Shown here in pieces: positions 31,799 through 32,000 of a stretch of DNA of 32,000 bases. A program made the translations under genes and the position numbers. How positions within the stretch are numbered: position 1 is the stretch's first letter; each line of letters starts with the position of its first letter. The notes under the pieces were generated by a model, which searched no databases, had not been told where the DNA came from, and saw nothing but the letters and a program-made list of their open reading frames with translations. The DNA is taken from NCBI GenBank assembly GCA_041649575.1, contig JBAZMW010000002.1, positions 1 through 32,000 of the forward strand, given 5' to 3'. Origin of the DNA: Patescibacteria group bacterium. GTDB lineage: Bacteria; Patescibacteriota; Patescibacteriia; 2-01-FULL-39-33.

Positions 31799-32000
31799 AA
31801 TCACAAGTCCCCATGATATTTTACTTATTCTGCCACCGAAGCGGTTTAAGGAACACCGTTATTCTTTGGGTTTGATGTATATCTCTGGTTATTTGCGCGA
31901 TCATGGCTATGATAATACTATAATTGAAAGCAAGATTTTTGGCGGTAAAGATTATCAGTACGACCGAGAGAAAGCTAGAGAAGAAATTATTGAAATAGTA
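31791..32000 (+). CDS. Third B12-binding radical SAM paralog, N-terminal 70 codons only (runs off the right edge; absent from the ORF track)
   Basis: My own translation from ATG 31791 gives MYKITSPHDILLILPPKRFKEHRYSLGLMYISGYLRDHGYDNTIIESKIFGGKDYQYDREKAREEIIEIV, with no stop before nt 32000. This has the same ILLI.P...Y.LGL..I...L...G pattern as the other two rSAM N-termini. It overlaps the upstream GT by 8 bp (ATGTATAA). Confidence 0.7.
   Translation, partial: MYKITSPHDILLILPPKRFKEHRYSLGLMYISGYLRDHGYDNTIIESKIFGGKDYQYDREKAREEIIEIV

Noticed and set aside
1-32000. Search for rRNA, tRNA, CRISPR arrays, transposases and toxin-antitoxin pairs
   Set aside because: Intergenic spacers are short (mostly under 250 nt), and none shows a cloverleaf-like GC-rich segment or regularly spaced direct repeats. 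No ORF shows DDE/IS signatures. Nothing can be supported from the sequence.

Overview
The window looks like a Patescibacteria/CPR-type bacterial fragment. That call is an inference from gene content; no search was run. Supporting signs are an ECF sigma paired with a DUF5667 protein, many GT-B and GT-C glycosyltransferases, TPR fusions, mostly weak or absent Shine-Dalgarno sites, and Ser/Thr-rich surface proteins.

Layout:
(1) Left edge: a tyrosine recombinase running off the window, convergent with an excisionase-like HTH gene. The HTH promoter carries a 20-bp palindrome.
(2) An ECF sigma factor and a DUF5667 membrane protein, followed by a 1278-1291 aa secreted protein built of degenerate beta-sandwich-like modules.
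(3) A four-gene membrane module: a TPR anchor, a TMTC-like GT-C/TPR fusion, a PMT_2 GT-C and a Wzy_C/TPR fusion.
(4) Two more secreted Thr/Ser-rich proteins.
(5) A lone minus-strand GT4, and a UDP-sugar dehydrogenase homolog lacking its C-terminal domain.
(6) A GC-rich minus-strand single-gene cassette with its own consensus promoter, GGAGG RBS and terminator.
(7) A tightly overlapping plus-strand operon of at least 13 genes. It holds five GT-B enzymes, a Dpm1/Ppm1-like GT2, a GT-C, an FAD oxidoreductase plus SAM methyltransferase pair, and three paralogous B12-binding radical SAM enzymes. Each radical SAM gene is translationally coupled to an upstream GT-B gene.

I recognised no rRNA, tRNA, CRISPR array or transposase.

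The leads most worth follow-up are the repeated GT-B/B12-rSAM pairs, the possible GT-C/Wzy_C surface-protein glycosylation logic, and the autonomous GC-rich cassette encoding a possible catalytically degenerate Nudix-fold protein.
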